Assembly: GCA_963666275.2 (NCBI GenBank)
Contig: CAXXOA010000002.1
Coordinates: 800,001 to 864,000 of the forward strand
Length of the DNA stretch: 64,000 nucleotides
Direction of reading: 5' to 3'
From: Oceanispirochaeta sp.
GTDB taxonomy: Bacteria; Spirochaetota; Spirochaetia; DSM-2461
The notes under the pieces were generated by a model. That model was not told the DNA's origin, made no database searches, and was given only the letters and a program-made list of their open reading frames with translations. Shown piece by piece: positions 9,812-19,865 of this stretch. A program made the translations under genes and the position numbers. Positions within the stretch are counted from its first letter, which is position 1; each line of letters starts with the position of its first letter.

Positions 9812-10999
9812 ATGAATATTTCACTGAAAGACTATTTTATCTCTCTCTCTTCTCTACTGGATTTTCTCGAAATGGAGCTCCATTCCCACCCAACCAACCA
9901 CTGTAAGAGGGTGGGCCTGATGGCTCTCCGGCTGGGCAGGATCGTCGGTTTCTCAGAGAGTGAACTTGTGGCTCTGGGGGCTCTTTCTCTTCTGCATGAT
10001 CTGGGGGCCTCTCAGGCATTCCTGATTCAGAAAATGGAGAAACAGAAGCATCCGGATGTGGAAATATTTCCCGATCACTGCCAGGCGGGAGCACACCTGA
10101 TAAAGGGAATTCCGTTTCTGTCAGTCATGTCCGATGTGATCCTCTATCATCATGAACGGTATGACGGAAAGGGATTTTATAAAAAATCAGACAATATCCC
10201 GCCCATGTCCAGGATCATTACCCTGTCGGACCGGATCGACATGGAGATCTACAACAAGAAAAAGAGCCTGGGAGAGACCGTGGATCTGATCCGGAAAGAA
10301 ACCGGCCACTCCTTCGCTCCGGAAATAGCCGAAGCGGGGCTGGAGCTTATGGGCCAGTGCAATATAGAAGCCCTTCTTTCGGATGAGACGATCTCCGATA
10401 CCCTCAGGGATATCTTTCCCGCCTTTGATATTGAGGCGAACGAGCAGGATGTTCTGGATATGACCGCTGCCTTTTCTACCATAGTGGATGCCAAATCGCC
10501 TTTTACAAGGAATCATTCCTCCAGCCTTGCCGATAAAGTTGTCGCCATGTGCGGGTATTACAATTTTGATCATGAGAAGACCTTCAGAATGCATATAGCC
10601 GCCAACCTTCATGACATCGGGAAGCTCTCTGTTCCCAATAGGATCCTGGATAAAAACGGTAAACTGACGCCCGAGGAATTTGCGGTTATCAGAATGCACA
10701 CAGCCTATACCAGACAGGCTCTGTCCCAGATCTCCGGATGGGAGGATATTACCGACTGGGCGTCGGACCACCATGAAAAGCTGAACGGCAAAGGCTATCC
10801 CCTGGGAAAAACTGCGGATGAACTGCCCTTCGAGTCCCGTCTGATGGCCTGCCTGGATATCTATCAGGCTCTCACAGAGGACCGTCCCTACAAAGAAGGT
10901 TTTTCCAGAGAAAAGTCATTTGCCATCCTGGACGAATGTGTGGAAAGGGGCGAAATTGACGGTACCATTGTCAACGACATGAAAGAGTTCTTCGGCTGA
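9812..10999 (+). CDS. Tandem HD-GYP domain phosphodiesterase
   Basis: Two HD modules: HCKRV..LHDLG..HHERYDGKGFY and HSSSL..LHDIGK..HHEKLNGKGYP. Start placed at ATG 9812 after AAGGA. Confidence 0.88.
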   Translation: MNISLKDYFISLSSLLDFLEMELHSHPTNHCKRVGLMALRLGRIVGFSESELVALGALSLLHDLGASQAFLIQKMEKQKHPDVEIFPDHCQAGAHLIKGIPFLSVMSDVILYHHERYDGKGFYKKSDNIPPMSRIITLSDRIDMEIYNKKKSLGETVDLIRKETGHSFAPEIAEAGLELMGQCNIEALLSDETISDTLRDIFPAFDIEANEQDVLDMTAAFSTIVDAKSPFTRNHSSSLADKVVAMCGYYNFDHEKTFRMHIAANLHDIGKLSVPNRILDKNGKLTPEEFAVIRMHTAYTRQALSQISGWEDITDWASDHHEKLNGKGYPLGKTADELPFESRLMACLDIYQALTEDRPYKEGFSREKSFAILDECVERGEIDGTIVNDMKEFFG

Positions 11000-11051
11000 T
11001 TTACCCCGGAATCCCGCTTTTTCTGAGACTTCCCGGAGGGGCACTGACAAA

Positions 11052-12260
11052 ATGAATGAACAGCAGGGAGGGATCATACCCTCGGTTTTAACAGAGACAC
11101 AGAACGATGAGATCCTCTCTTTCGCGGCGGAACTTGTGAGATGTTCCGGAGAGTCGGGAAAGGAGAGGAACTGCGCCGAAGCTGTCCGCCGGAAGATGGA
11201 GGATCTGGGATATGACCAGGTCCTGACAGACGAGTACGGGTCGGTCCTCGGGGTCCTGAGAGGATCCGGGAGCGGGCCGACCCTGCTCTTTGACGGCCAT
11301 ACCGATGTGGTCCCCGTAAGGGAGCCGGACAAATGGACCCATGATCCCTATGGAGGAGAAGTCTCTGAAGGGAGGCTCTGGGGGCGGGGCAGTACCGATA
11401 TGAAGGGGGCCCTGGCCGCCATGGTCTGCGCTCCGGCTTTTATGGATCGGAGGGATTTTTCAGGAACCATCCTTGTCAGCGCATCCGTGGCGGAAGAGAT
11501 GCTGATCGGAACGGCTCTGGACCATGTCCTTCAGAACCATCCTGCCGATGCTGTGGTTATAGGAGAACCCACGGGACTGAAACTGGGGAATGCGGAAAAA
11601 GGAAGGGCCAGTCTGGAGATGATCTGTCATGGGACCGTCGCCCACAGCAGCCGCCCCGACCTGGGGGACAATGCGATCTACCGCATGATGGAGGCTGCCC
11701 GGAGGATCCGTTCCCTTCCCCGGCGTTCCCATCCTGTTCTGGGGGAAGAGGTGATCGAACTTGTGGAACTCTCCTCTCTTCCTGCACCGGGGAACGGTTC
11801 CATTCCCGGACGGTGCCGGGCTCTCTGGGAGTGCCGTCTCCTGCCGGGGGAATCGGAAGAGGAGTTTCTACTCAGATGGCATCAGGCCCTGGAAGGTGTG
11901 GGCAGAACAGAGCTCCGAATTGCCGAATACAGCATAGACGCCTATACGGGGCATACCATGAAAATGCAAGACTTTCTTCCCGGCTGGACCGGTGATGAAG
12001 AAAGCAGAGGGCTGCTCTCCCTGGCGGCTGATGCTCTCAGGGCTGCCGGGAGGGGTGTTGAGTATTATGCGGCTCCCTACGGCTGTAATGCTCTTGTCAG
12101 CGCGGCCCGGCGGAAAATTCCCACTGTGATCCTGGGACCAGGGGATATTTCTGCTGCCCACAAGCCCGATGAATCTCTTCTGATTCAGGAGCTTCAGGAT
12201 GCCGCTGCGGTCTACAGCACCCTCAGCCGTAATCTAATGCGGCTGAGGACTGTAAGCTGA
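11052..12260 (+). CDS. M20 family metallohydrolase (ArgE/DapE/YgeY-like)
   Basis: FDGHTDVV, GRGSTDMKG, EE, IGEPT and C-terminal GPG..AHKPDE. Confidence 0.88.
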   Translation: MNEQQGGIIPSVLTETQNDEILSFAAELVRCSGESGKERNCAEAVRRKMEDLGYDQVLTDEYGSVLGVLRGSGSGPTLLFDGHTDVVPVREPDKWTHDPYGGEVSEGRLWGRGSTDMKGALAAMVCAPAFMDRRDFSGTILVSASVAEEMLIGTALDHVLQNHPADAVVIGEPTGLKLGNAEKGRASLEMICHGTVAHSSRPDLGDNAIYRMMEAARRIRSLPRRSHPVLGEEVIELVELSSLPAPGNGSIPGRCRALWECRLLPGESEEEFLLRWHQALEGVGRTELRIAEYSIDAYTGHTMKMQDFLPGWTGDEESRGLLSLAADALRAAGRGVEYYAAPYGCNALVSAARRKIPTVILGPGDISAAHKPDESLLIQELQDAAAVYSTLSRNLMRLRTVS

Positions 12261-12276
12261 AATTCTGTTTCTTTAA

Positions 12277-13011
12277 TTAATGGATAATCCGTTTCAGGAA
12301 CATTTTTGTTCTGTCGTGGGAAGGATTCGAGAAGATCACTTCAGGTGACCCCTCTTCAATGATCATCCCTTCGTCCATAAAAATTACCCGGTCTGCCACA
12401 TCCCTGGCAAACTGCATTTCATGGGTCACCACAATCATGGTCATCCCTTCATCGGCCAGGTCTTTCATGACGTCCAGAACCTCTCCGACCAGTTCGGGGT
12501 CCAGGGCAGATGTGGGCTCATCAAAAAGGAGTATGTCCGGCTTCATTGCCAGGGAGCGCGCAATGGCGACTCTCTGCTGCTGACCGCCGGAAAGCTGTTT
12601 GGGGTAGACATCCCGTTTATCCGAAAGTCCTATCCTTTTCAGCAGGGATTCCGCCAGGACGACGGCTTCCTTTTTGGGAACCTTGCGGACATGGACGGGG
12701 CCTTCAATGATATTCTCCAGAACCGTTTTGTGAGGGAACAGATTGAATCTCTGAAATACCATCCCCACGTCCATCCTCAGGCGGGTCAGTTTTGTCTGGG
12801 AATTGATCTCTTCGTTTTTGAAGAACACCTCGCCATGATCGATGCTTTCCAGCCTGTTGATGCATCGGAGAATTGTACTTTTCCCTGAGCCGCTGGGGCC
12901 GAGGATCACAATCTTTTCTCCCTTTTCCAGGCTGAAGCTGATACCTTTGAGGACCTCAAGGTCTCCGAAGCTTTTATGTATATTTACAAGTGTTAATATT
13001 TTATCCGACAT
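12277..13011 (-). CDS. Polar amino-acid ABC transporter ATP-binding protein
   Basis: [21 protein letters not shown] and [11 protein letters not shown] (GlnQ-like). Confidence 0.93.
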   Translation of the reverse strand: MSDKILTLVNIHKSFGDLEVLKGISFSLEKGEKIVILGPSGSGKSTILRCINRLESIDHGEVFFKNEEINSQTKLTRLRMDVGMVFQRFNLFPHKTVLENIIEGPVHVRKVPKKEAVVLAESLLKRIGLSDKRDVYPKQLSGGQQQRVAIARSLAMKPDILLFDEPTSALDPELVGEVLDVMKDLADEGMTMIVVTHEMQFARDVADRVIFMDEGMIIEEGSPEVIFSNPSHDRTKMFLKRIIH

Positions 13012-13668
13012 TTAACTCTCTGTTTCCAGTCTCTGTTCCACATAGCGGGATAGTACCATCAGTGCCGAGCACATGATGAGATACAGAAATGCGACCACCG
13101 TGTAGACTTCAAAACTTCTGAATGTGGCATAGATGATCTGGTTTCCCGCCCGCATCAGCTCTGTTATGGTCACCAGGGACGCAATGGATGAATTTTTCAA
13201 AGTGATAATAAACTGATTGAGCAGCGAGGGCACAATAATTCGTATCACCTGTGGGGCGATGATCCGAATCATCGCTTTGGGGTAACTCATACCAAGGCTC
13301 TCGGCGGCTTCCATCTGTCCGCTGTCAATGGCAATGATGCCCGAACGGATGATCTCGGCGATATAGGCTCCCGTATTCAGTCCGATACCCAGAATACCTG
13401 CGGCCATGCTGGAGAGTTCTATCCCCAGCTGAGGCAGACCGAAGTAGAGGATAAAAAGCTGCACAAGCAAAGGGGTCCCGCGGACTACCCAGATATAGGA
13501 TATGCTGAAGGCCCGCAGGATTCTTATGGATGATATCCGGAACATTGCCAGAATTATTCCGACAAGCATTCCCAGTATCAGGGCTGCAATGGATATTTCA
13601 AGAGTCACCACGCAGCCCATGAGCAGATTGGGGATCCTGTTGATTATGATTGAATAATCAAGTGTCAT
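13012..13668 (-). CDS. Polar amino-acid ABC transporter permease
   Basis: RGTPLLVQLF, AYIAEIIRSG and GQMEAAESLGM (EAA motif). Confidence 0.93.
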   Translation of the reverse strand: MTLDYSIIINRIPNLLMGCVVTLEISIAALILGMLVGIILAMFRISSIRILRAFSISYIWVVRGTPLLVQLFILYFGLPQLGIELSSMAAGILGIGLNTGAYIAEIIRSGIIAIDSGQMEAAESLGMSYPKAMIRIIAPQVIRIIVPSLLNQFIITLKNSSIASLVTITELMRAGNQIIYATFRSFEVYTVVAFLYLIMCSALMVLSRYVEQRLETES

Positions 13669-13705
13669 GTTCAGTTGTTTCCCTTATATTCCGCTGTGAC
13701 TTTCC

Positions 13706-14497
13706 TCATTCTCCGACAATCCATTTCTGATAGAGATCGTCCATGGTTCCGTCGGCTTCAAACTCAGCCAGGCATTCGTTTATGAAGGCCAGAAGCTCCG
13801 CATCCCCATCCTGTACGGCAATACCCAGTTCGGCGGAAGTAAAAGGTTCTCCCACAATTTTCAGGCCGTCAGTGGTTTTGTTGAACTCCAGCTGGTTCAG
13901 AAGGTCATTGACTGCTGCATCGATTCTGCCTGTCTGCAGGTCGAGCATGTAGTCTACAGTTTCGTTATAGGAAACGATCTCGAAATCCGCGCCGTTATCG
14001 AGCAGGTCCTGCAGAACCGCTTCGGAGGTGGCACCCATTTTGGCTCCCACTCTCAGGCCTGTCAGGTCATCGGTGGAAAGGATCGAGTCATTGGCGGCAG
14101 GAACAACAAGGACCATACCGGTTTTCATATAGGGAGTGGCAAAGTCAACGACTTCTTCCCGGGCGGGTTTGATGTACATGGCTGCACAGACCACATCCGC
14201 TTTTCCCGACTGAAGAGTAGGGATCAGTGAGGTAAAGTCCATATCGACAACTTCCAGTTCCACACCCAGTTTATCAGCCATAAGACGCATCAGATCGATA
14301 TCGTATCCGGCCATTTCGTTTGTTTCTTCGTCGAGGAATTCAAAGGGTATATAGTTTCCCGTTGCCAGAACCAGCTTGCCGCTGGCTTTGATTTCATCCA
14401 GCCGTCCGCCCGCTGCAGCTTCTTCCTGTCCGCCGCTGGCGAAAACACCTGTCATAGCCAGGCAAAGGGTGAGTAGAGTCATAACAATTTTCTTCAT
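13706..14497 (-). CDS. Polar amino-acid ABC substrate-binding protein (family 3)
   Basis: Signal peptide MKKIVM...VFASGGQE, YIPFEF, GYDIDL and LQSGKADV. Confidence 0.9.
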   Translation of the reverse strand: MKKIVMTLLTLCLAMTGVFASGGQEEAAAGGRLDEIKASGKLVLATGNYIPFEFLDEETNEMAGYDIDLMRLMADKLGVELEVVDMDFTSLIPTLQSGKADVVCAAMYIKPAREEVVDFATPYMKTGMVLVVPAANDSILSTDDLTGLRVGAKMGATSEAVLQDLLDNGADFEIVSYNETVDYMLDLQTGRIDAAVNDLLNQLEFNKTTDGLKIVGEPFTSAELGIAVQDGDAELLAFINECLAEFEADGTMDDLYQKWIVGE

Positions 14498-14545
14498 AGT
14501 CTTCTTTTTCTCCTTGGATCTATAAATCATACCCAACTCTATAAG

Positions 14546-14560
14546 GCAATTACTGTGCCA
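14546..14560 (-). promoter_or_regulatory. Sigma-54 (-24/-12) promoter of the amino-acid ABC operon
   Basis: The minus strand reads TGGCACAGTAATTGC, matching TGGCAC-N5-TTGC, about 50 nt upstream of the start codon. Confidence 0.75.
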
Positions 14561-14671
14561 ATGAGATTGAACTGGCTCTCAGGGAGAAAAAACACAGGGA
14601 ATCCCACTAAAAGGTAATCGTATACAATTGTAATGTACTAAAATGTAAGAATAGGATCCCCCGGATCAATG

Positions 14672-16282
14672 CTACTCCAGGCTGTTGTCGGCCAGATGCC
14701 ATCCGTCAACATTCTCCACCACGCTGATTTCCACAACATTGCTGGCTTTCTTCAGAACCTGGCTGCACTCTTCGCTCAGATTGAGGAGGTGCAGATTCGT
14801 TCCGTTTTCCGCGTACTTCTCGGTGACAAAATTCAGAGCTTCAATGGCAGAGTGGTCGTATATGGTTGACCGGGAAAAATCAATGATCACATCTTTCGGG
14901 TCCTCCTGAAAGGCAAAGAGTCTTTTGAAAAGGTTGGCTGAGCCGAAAAAGAGGGCTCCTTCCAGTCTGTAAACCTTATAGCCGCTTTCGTCTTCAGAAA
15001 CGGACACTGTTATATTGGTTCCCTTTTTCCAGGCGAAAACCAGAGCAGATACAATCAGGCCCGCCAGGACTGCCACAGCAAGGTTTTCCAGGATCGTAAT
15101 GACTGTCACAATGATAATGATGAGGGCATCGGATTTGGGAATCTGATGGATGATCCTGAAGGTCGCCCACTCAAAGGTTCCTATGACCACCATAAACATA
15201 ACCCCCACCAGAGCCGCCAGGGGGATCGATTCAATCAGCCTGGAACCGAACAGGACAAACAGGATCAGTGACAGACCGGCCACAAACTGACTGAACCGGG
15301 TCCTTCCGCCGGCCCGGACATTGATCATGCTCTGCCCGATCATGGCACAGCCTCCCATGCCGCCGAAAAAGCCGTTGATGATATTGGACACACCCTGGCC
15401 GATACACTCCCTGTTGCTCTTTCCTCTTGTTTCTGTCACTTCGTCCACAAGCATAAGGGTCATAAGAGATTCAATGAGTCCCACCGATGCGGCTATCACA
15501 GAATAGGGAAAGATAATCCTGATGGTCTGCCAGGAAAACAGTCCTTCGGGAATGGCGAAACGGGGCAGGCCGGCTGCCAGAGTTGTTTTTGAAGGATCAA
15601 GAGTCTGGACAAAGTCGATTACAGTTCTGACGTGAATTCCCGCTTTTCCCAGAAGAAGAGACAGAAGGGACACGACTATGATTCCCGTCAGGGTTGCCGG
15701 GACGGCTTTTGTCAGTCGGGGAAGGAAGTGACTGATGAGCATGGTGATTCCGATCAGAACCAGCATGGTCAGAAGGGGAACTCCTTTCATAAGCACATGG
15801 TGTCCCCCCTGAAGAGTGTAAAACATCTCCAGCTGGGATTTCAGAATGATCAGAGCCAGTCCATTCACAAAGCCCAGCATCACCGGATGGGGAACCAGAC
15901 GGATGAATTTTCCCAGTTTAAGGACTCCCACGGCTATCTGAATCAGACCCATTAAAATGACCGCGGCGAAAAGGTAGGCCAGGGCTCCCTCCATGCCGAC
16001 TTTTTCTGTCTGATCAATCACAAGGGGTGCAAAGATCACCGCTACCGCACCTGTCGCACCGGAAATCATACCCGGGCGTCCACCGAAAAGAGCTGTTCCC
16101 ACTCCCATCATAAAGGCCGCGTAGAGACCGATGATCGGATCGATCCTGGCGACGAAAGCAAAGGCGATCGCTTCGGGTACTAGGGCGAGGGCGACAGTGA
16201 GTCCTGAGAGAAAGTCATTTTTCAGGGAGACCTGTTTCTCAATGGAAAGTTTAAAAATTTTATTACGGGCGAATTGGCTCAT
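14672..16282 (-). CDS. SulP family inorganic anion transporter with C-terminal STAS domain
   Basis: LSGLTVALALVPEAIAF, GGRPGMISGATG, GGMGGCAMIGQS; STAS region LEGALFFGS...IIDF. Confidence 0.92.
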   Translation of the reverse strand: MSQFARNKIFKLSIEKQVSLKNDFLSGLTVALALVPEAIAFAFVARIDPIIGLYAAFMMGVGTALFGGRPGMISGATGAVAVIFAPLVIDQTEKVGMEGALAYLFAAVILMGLIQIAVGVLKLGKFIRLVPHPVMLGFVNGLALIILKSQLEMFYTLQGGHHVLMKGVPLLTMLVLIGITMLISHFLPRLTKAVPATLTGIIVVSLLSLLLGKAGIHVRTVIDFVQTLDPSKTTLAAGLPRFAIPEGLFSWQTIRIIFPYSVIAASVGLIESLMTLMLVDEVTETRGKSNRECIGQGVSNIINGFFGGMGGCAMIGQSMINVRAGGRTRFSQFVAGLSLILFVLFGSRLIESIPLAALVGVMFMVVIGTFEWATFRIIHQIPKSDALIIIIVTVITILENLAVAVLAGLIVSALVFAWKKGTNITVSVSEDESGYKVYRLEGALFFGSANLFKRLFAFQEDPKDVIIDFSRSTIYDHSAIEALNFVTEKYAENGTNLHLLNLSEECSQVLKKASNVVEISVVENVDGWHLADNSLE

Positions 16283-16696
16283 TTATTCTCCTGAGTGAGT
16301 ATTGCGCTGATAGTGAGGATAGTATGGATAAATCAGAGGGTTTCTTCGTTTTACAGACGAGAAGGCTACCAACAGAATGCCATGGGATCATCAACGGGGT
16401 TCCCTATCATACAGTTAGAGACGATTATGTCAATTGGATTCTTTCCATTGTGCCTCGCCAATTTCCCGGTGAAGTGAGAAAAAGCAGGGAGTCGATGGAA
16501 AAATCCACCCTTAAGTAGATAAGATGATTTCCTCCCTCCAAAATGTAGCATTTTCTCTTTTAAAGGTTGAAAGCAGAAACATTTAGACCTTTTAAAATCC
16601 CTATACAAACGGGAATTCGTAAAAAAATAGCGGAGGACATTATGATGGTACAATTTTTGCATAATATAATCCTTATATCAAAGGAAATATCTCAAA

Positions 16697-18712
16697 ATGC
16701 AAAGTATACGGAATATGAGGTCTGCCCTTTTTAAGAAAAAAGGTTTCAGCTCCATCAAATCTGCCCTGCTCCCCGGTCTCATTCTGCTTCTGAACAGTTC
16801 TCTCGGTTCTCAGGATCTGAACAGTTTTGTTCAGGGGGGAAAGGTGATTACCGACATACTCTGGGTTCTTGTGGCGGCTATCCTTGTTTTCCTGATGCAG
16901 GCGGGGTTCATGGCACTGGAGACAGGGCTCTCGAGAGCAAAGAATTCCATCAATGTGGCCATAAAGAATATTACGGATTTTATATTTTCCATCGCTGCCT
17001 TCTGGTTTATCGGGTACGGACTGATGTTTGGAAAAACCCTTCATGGATTCCTGGGAATCAGTGATTTTTTTGTCGCTTTTGACGATGACAGCTGGAAAGC
17101 CACGTTTTTTGTATTTCAGGCGGTCTTTGTGGGTACGGCTGCTACCATTGATTCGGGGGTTATTGCGGAACGGGCCAAATTCAGTACCTATCTGATCATG
17201 TCGTTTATAACATCTGCTATTATTTATCCTGTTTTCGGACACTGGGCCTGGGGTGGTCTCTTTTATGAGACTCAGGCGGGATGGCTTCAGAATCTGGGAT
17301 TCCTTGATTTTGCGGGATCCAGCGTGGTCCACTCCATGGGAGGCTGGATCGGTCTTGCGGGCGCTATCATTATAGGTCCCCGAATCGGGAGGTTTGCCGC
17401 TGACGGGACCCCCCAGAAGATTCAGGGCCACAACATCGTTTTTGCCTATCTGGGAACTTTTATCCTGTTCTTCGGCTGGTTCGGTTTCAATGCCGGCAGT
17501 ACTCTGGGGGCGGATTTTTCTGTGGCCAATATTATTTCCAACACAATGATCTCCGCTTCCTTCGGAGGGATTGCCGCCATGTTCCTCAGTATGTTTTTCA
17601 GTAAAAGCAAACTCCCCGAACCGGAGATGATTATGAACGGTATTATCGGTGGTCTGGTTGCCATCACTGCGGGCTGTGCCTATGTTAAGTCCGTATCCGC
17701 ACTGGTGATCGGAGTGGCTTCCGGATTTGTTGTCTACTTCGGAACCCTTTTCCTGGAAAAGAAGGGAATCGATGATGTGGTTTCCGCTATTCCCGTTCAT
17801 GCCTTCTCCGGAGTCTGGGGAACCATTGCCACAGGGCTCTTTATCAGACCGGGGTTTCTGAAGGATTTCGGGATGTCCCGGTGGGAGCTGGTGGGTGTTC
17901 AGGTTCTAGGAGTTGCTGTCTGCTTTGTCTGGGGATTCGGCCTCTCTTTTCTGATTATGTCACTGATCAAGAAGTTTGTGCCTGTGAGAGTCTCGGCGGA
18001 ACACGAGAAGATCGGCCTGAATATCTCGGAACACGGCACCTGTTCCAGCATCCTCGAATTATCCAACTCCATGAGAAAGGTGATCGAGGACACAAGGATT
18101 GGAAGCGCCAGGAAACTGGAAACAGAAATAGGAACGGAAATAGGCGATCTGACCAACTACTTCAATGTAATGATCGATAAACTGAAAGAGAAAGAGGAAA
18201 CGGCGGAAAAAGCTCTGGAGTCACTGAGATTTATTTCCATCACTGACGGTCTGACCAAAATCTATAACCGGAAATATATCACAGATGCCGTGGATAAAGA
18301 GCTCAGCCGTGCCAGCCGGTATGATCACAGTGTTTCCATTGTCCTTTTCGATATTGATTTTTTTAAAAGCGTTAACGACAGCTACGGCCATCAGATCGGA
18401 GATCTTGTCCTTGTGAAAACGGCAGAAATCATTCGTGAAAACCTGAGGGAAACGGATCTTATCGGACGCTACGGAGGAGAGGAATTCCTTATCATTCTCC
18501 CTGAAACGGATTTGAAATCCGCTTATGAACTGGCTGACCGTTTAAGGGAGAACGTCTCGCAGATAGCATGGGAATTTGATGTCCAGAGGAAAATAACCAT
18601 TAGCGGAGGAGTCGTGGAAAATCTGGGAGAGAGTTCTCTTAAAATGATCGGCCGGGCGGATGAGCTTCTCTACGTGGCAAAAGACAAAGGCCGGAACCGG
18701 ATCGAAAAATGA
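16697..18712 (+). CDS. amt: Ammonium transporter (Amt)-GGDEF fusion
   Basis: Amt motifs FLMQAGFMALE, DFAGSSVVH, GWFGFNAGS and IPVH; HAMP-like linker EIGDLTNYFNVM; DGC motifs DIDFFKSVND and RYGGEEF. Exact start uncertain. Confidence 0.92.
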   Translation: MQSIRNMRSALFKKKGFSSIKSALLPGLILLLNSSLGSQDLNSFVQGGKVITDILWVLVAAILVFLMQAGFMALETGLSRAKNSINVAIKNITDFIFSIAAFWFIGYGLMFGKTLHGFLGISDFFVAFDDDSWKATFFVFQAVFVGTAATIDSGVIAERAKFSTYLIMSFITSAIIYPVFGHWAWGGLFYETQAGWLQNLGFLDFAGSSVVHSMGGWIGLAGAIIIGPRIGRFAADGTPQKIQGHNIVFAYLGTFILFFGWFGFNAGSTLGADFSVANIISNTMISASFGGIAAMFLSMFFSKSKLPEPEMIMNGIIGGLVAITAGCAYVKSVSALVIGVASGFVVYFGTLFLEKKGIDDVVSAIPVHAFSGVWGTIATGLFIRPGFLKDFGMSRWELVGVQVLGVAVCFVWGFGLSFLIMSLIKKFVPVRVSAEHEKIGLNISEHGTCSSILELSNSMRKVIEDTRIGSARKLETEIGTEIGDLTNYFNVMIDKLKEKEETAEKALESLRFISITDGLTKIYNRKYITDAVDKELSRASRYDHSVSIVLFDIDFFKSVNDSYGHQIGDLVLVKTAEIIRENLRETDLIGRYGGEEFLIILPETDLKSAYELADRLRENVSQIAWEFDVQRKITISGGVVENLGESSLKMIGRADELLYVAKDKGRNRIEK

Positions 18713-18863
18713 CGGCTTCCCGCTTCTGGTCTTTTTTACTGGAATCTGTTCTGCGGTCTGAATCAATTGTCACGGTCCATATTTTCAATTGGATAAAATT
18801 GTGTATCATAGTCTTCAGGTCTGTATTCTCATTTGGAACATACAGGCTTTTGGAGGTATCCCC

Positions 18864-19865
18864 ATGGCGGTTGATCAGGATAATAACAGGAATCTTTCAT
18901 ATCCGGAGAGTATGTTTTCGCCGCCCTGGTATCTGAAGGGCCCTATGGTGCAAACCCTTCTGAACAGTGCCAGATTCCGGAACAGGGGGATCACAGCCTT
19001 TGATACCGCCAGTGTAGAAACAATCGTTGATGCCGGAGAGGGTGTGCGTCTGCAGGGGTTCCTGGCGGAACAGAGCGGGAGAGCACCAGCCGGGCTGGTC
19101 ATCCTCTTTCACGGATGGGAGGGCAGTGAGAAGTCTGCGTATATGGTCAGTACGGGACGCTACTTCTATGAAGAGGGATTCAACGTTTTCCGCCTGAATA
19201 TGAGGGATCACGGAAACAGTCACCATCTGAATGACGGATTTTTCCTGGGGACACTTATAGGGGAAGCCTATGAGGCTGTCAAAGAGATCATAAGACGGTT
19301 TTCCCCGGGGATGAAGGCCTCTCTGGCCGGGTTCTCCATGGGAGCCAACTTCTGTATCCGGGTGGCAAAAAAGGCCTCCGAGGAAGGTTACACAGGACTG
19401 CACCATGTGTTTGCTGTCAATCCTCCGGTGGATCCTCTGGATTCAACCCGCAGAGTCGATGAGGTCGTTTTCATCCGTCAGTACTTTCTGAAAAAGTGGA
19501 AGGAATCCCTTCATAGAAAGCAGACCCTTTTTCCCGAAAAGTATGATTTTCGTTCTGTTCTGGCCATGGACCGGTGCATCCCCATGACCGAGTCCCTTCT
19601 GGAACAGTATACGTCCTACTCCTCTCTGGAGGACTATTTCGGAAGATACACTCTCAAAGAGGGATTCCTTGAAGATATAACCATCCCTTTTACTCTGCTG
19701 ACCTCCCGGGATGATCCGATTATTCCCTATGAGGACATTGCCTCGGCCAGGATGAGTCCGGCAGTCAATTTCCTGCTTCAGTCCAGAGGAGGCCATTGCG
19801 GCTATATAGCTAACCATCGCCTGGAATCCTGGTATCTTCCTTCCATGCTCCGGGCTTTCTCATGA
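18864..19865 (+). CDS. YheT-like alpha/beta hydrolase
   Basis: HGWEGS, GFSMGAN nucleophile elbow, DDPII and GGHCG; the ATG at 18864 follows GGAGG. Confidence 0.85.
   Translation: MAVDQDNNRNLSYPESMFSPPWYLKGPMVQTLLNSARFRNRGITAFDTASVETIVDAGEGVRLQGFLAEQSGRAPAGLVILFHGWEGSEKSAYMVSTGRYFYEEGFNVFRLNMRDHGNSHHLNDGFFLGTLIGEAYEAVKEIIRRFSPGMKASLAGFSMGANFCIRVAKKASEEGYTGLHHVFAVNPPVDPLDSTRRVDEVVFIRQYFLKKWKESLHRKQTLFPEKYDFRSVLAMDRCIPMTESLLEQYTSYSSLEDYFGRYTLKEGFLEDITIPFTLLTSRDDPIIPYEDIASARMSPAVNFLLQSRGGHCGYIANHRLESWYLPSMLRAFS

Noticed and set aside
16380..16415. GATAGGG...TTGATGATCCC upstream of sulP, reminiscent of a fluoride riboswitch
   Set aside because: The first stem cannot form, and the 5' part coincides with the predicted -10 box (TTGACA-N16-TATGAT), so it would not be transcribed.
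18230..18712. Possibility that the GGDEF domains are cGAMP-making (Hypr) variants
   Set aside because: Both cyclases keep the canonical Asp in NDxxGHxxGD, consistent with c-di-GMP synthesis.
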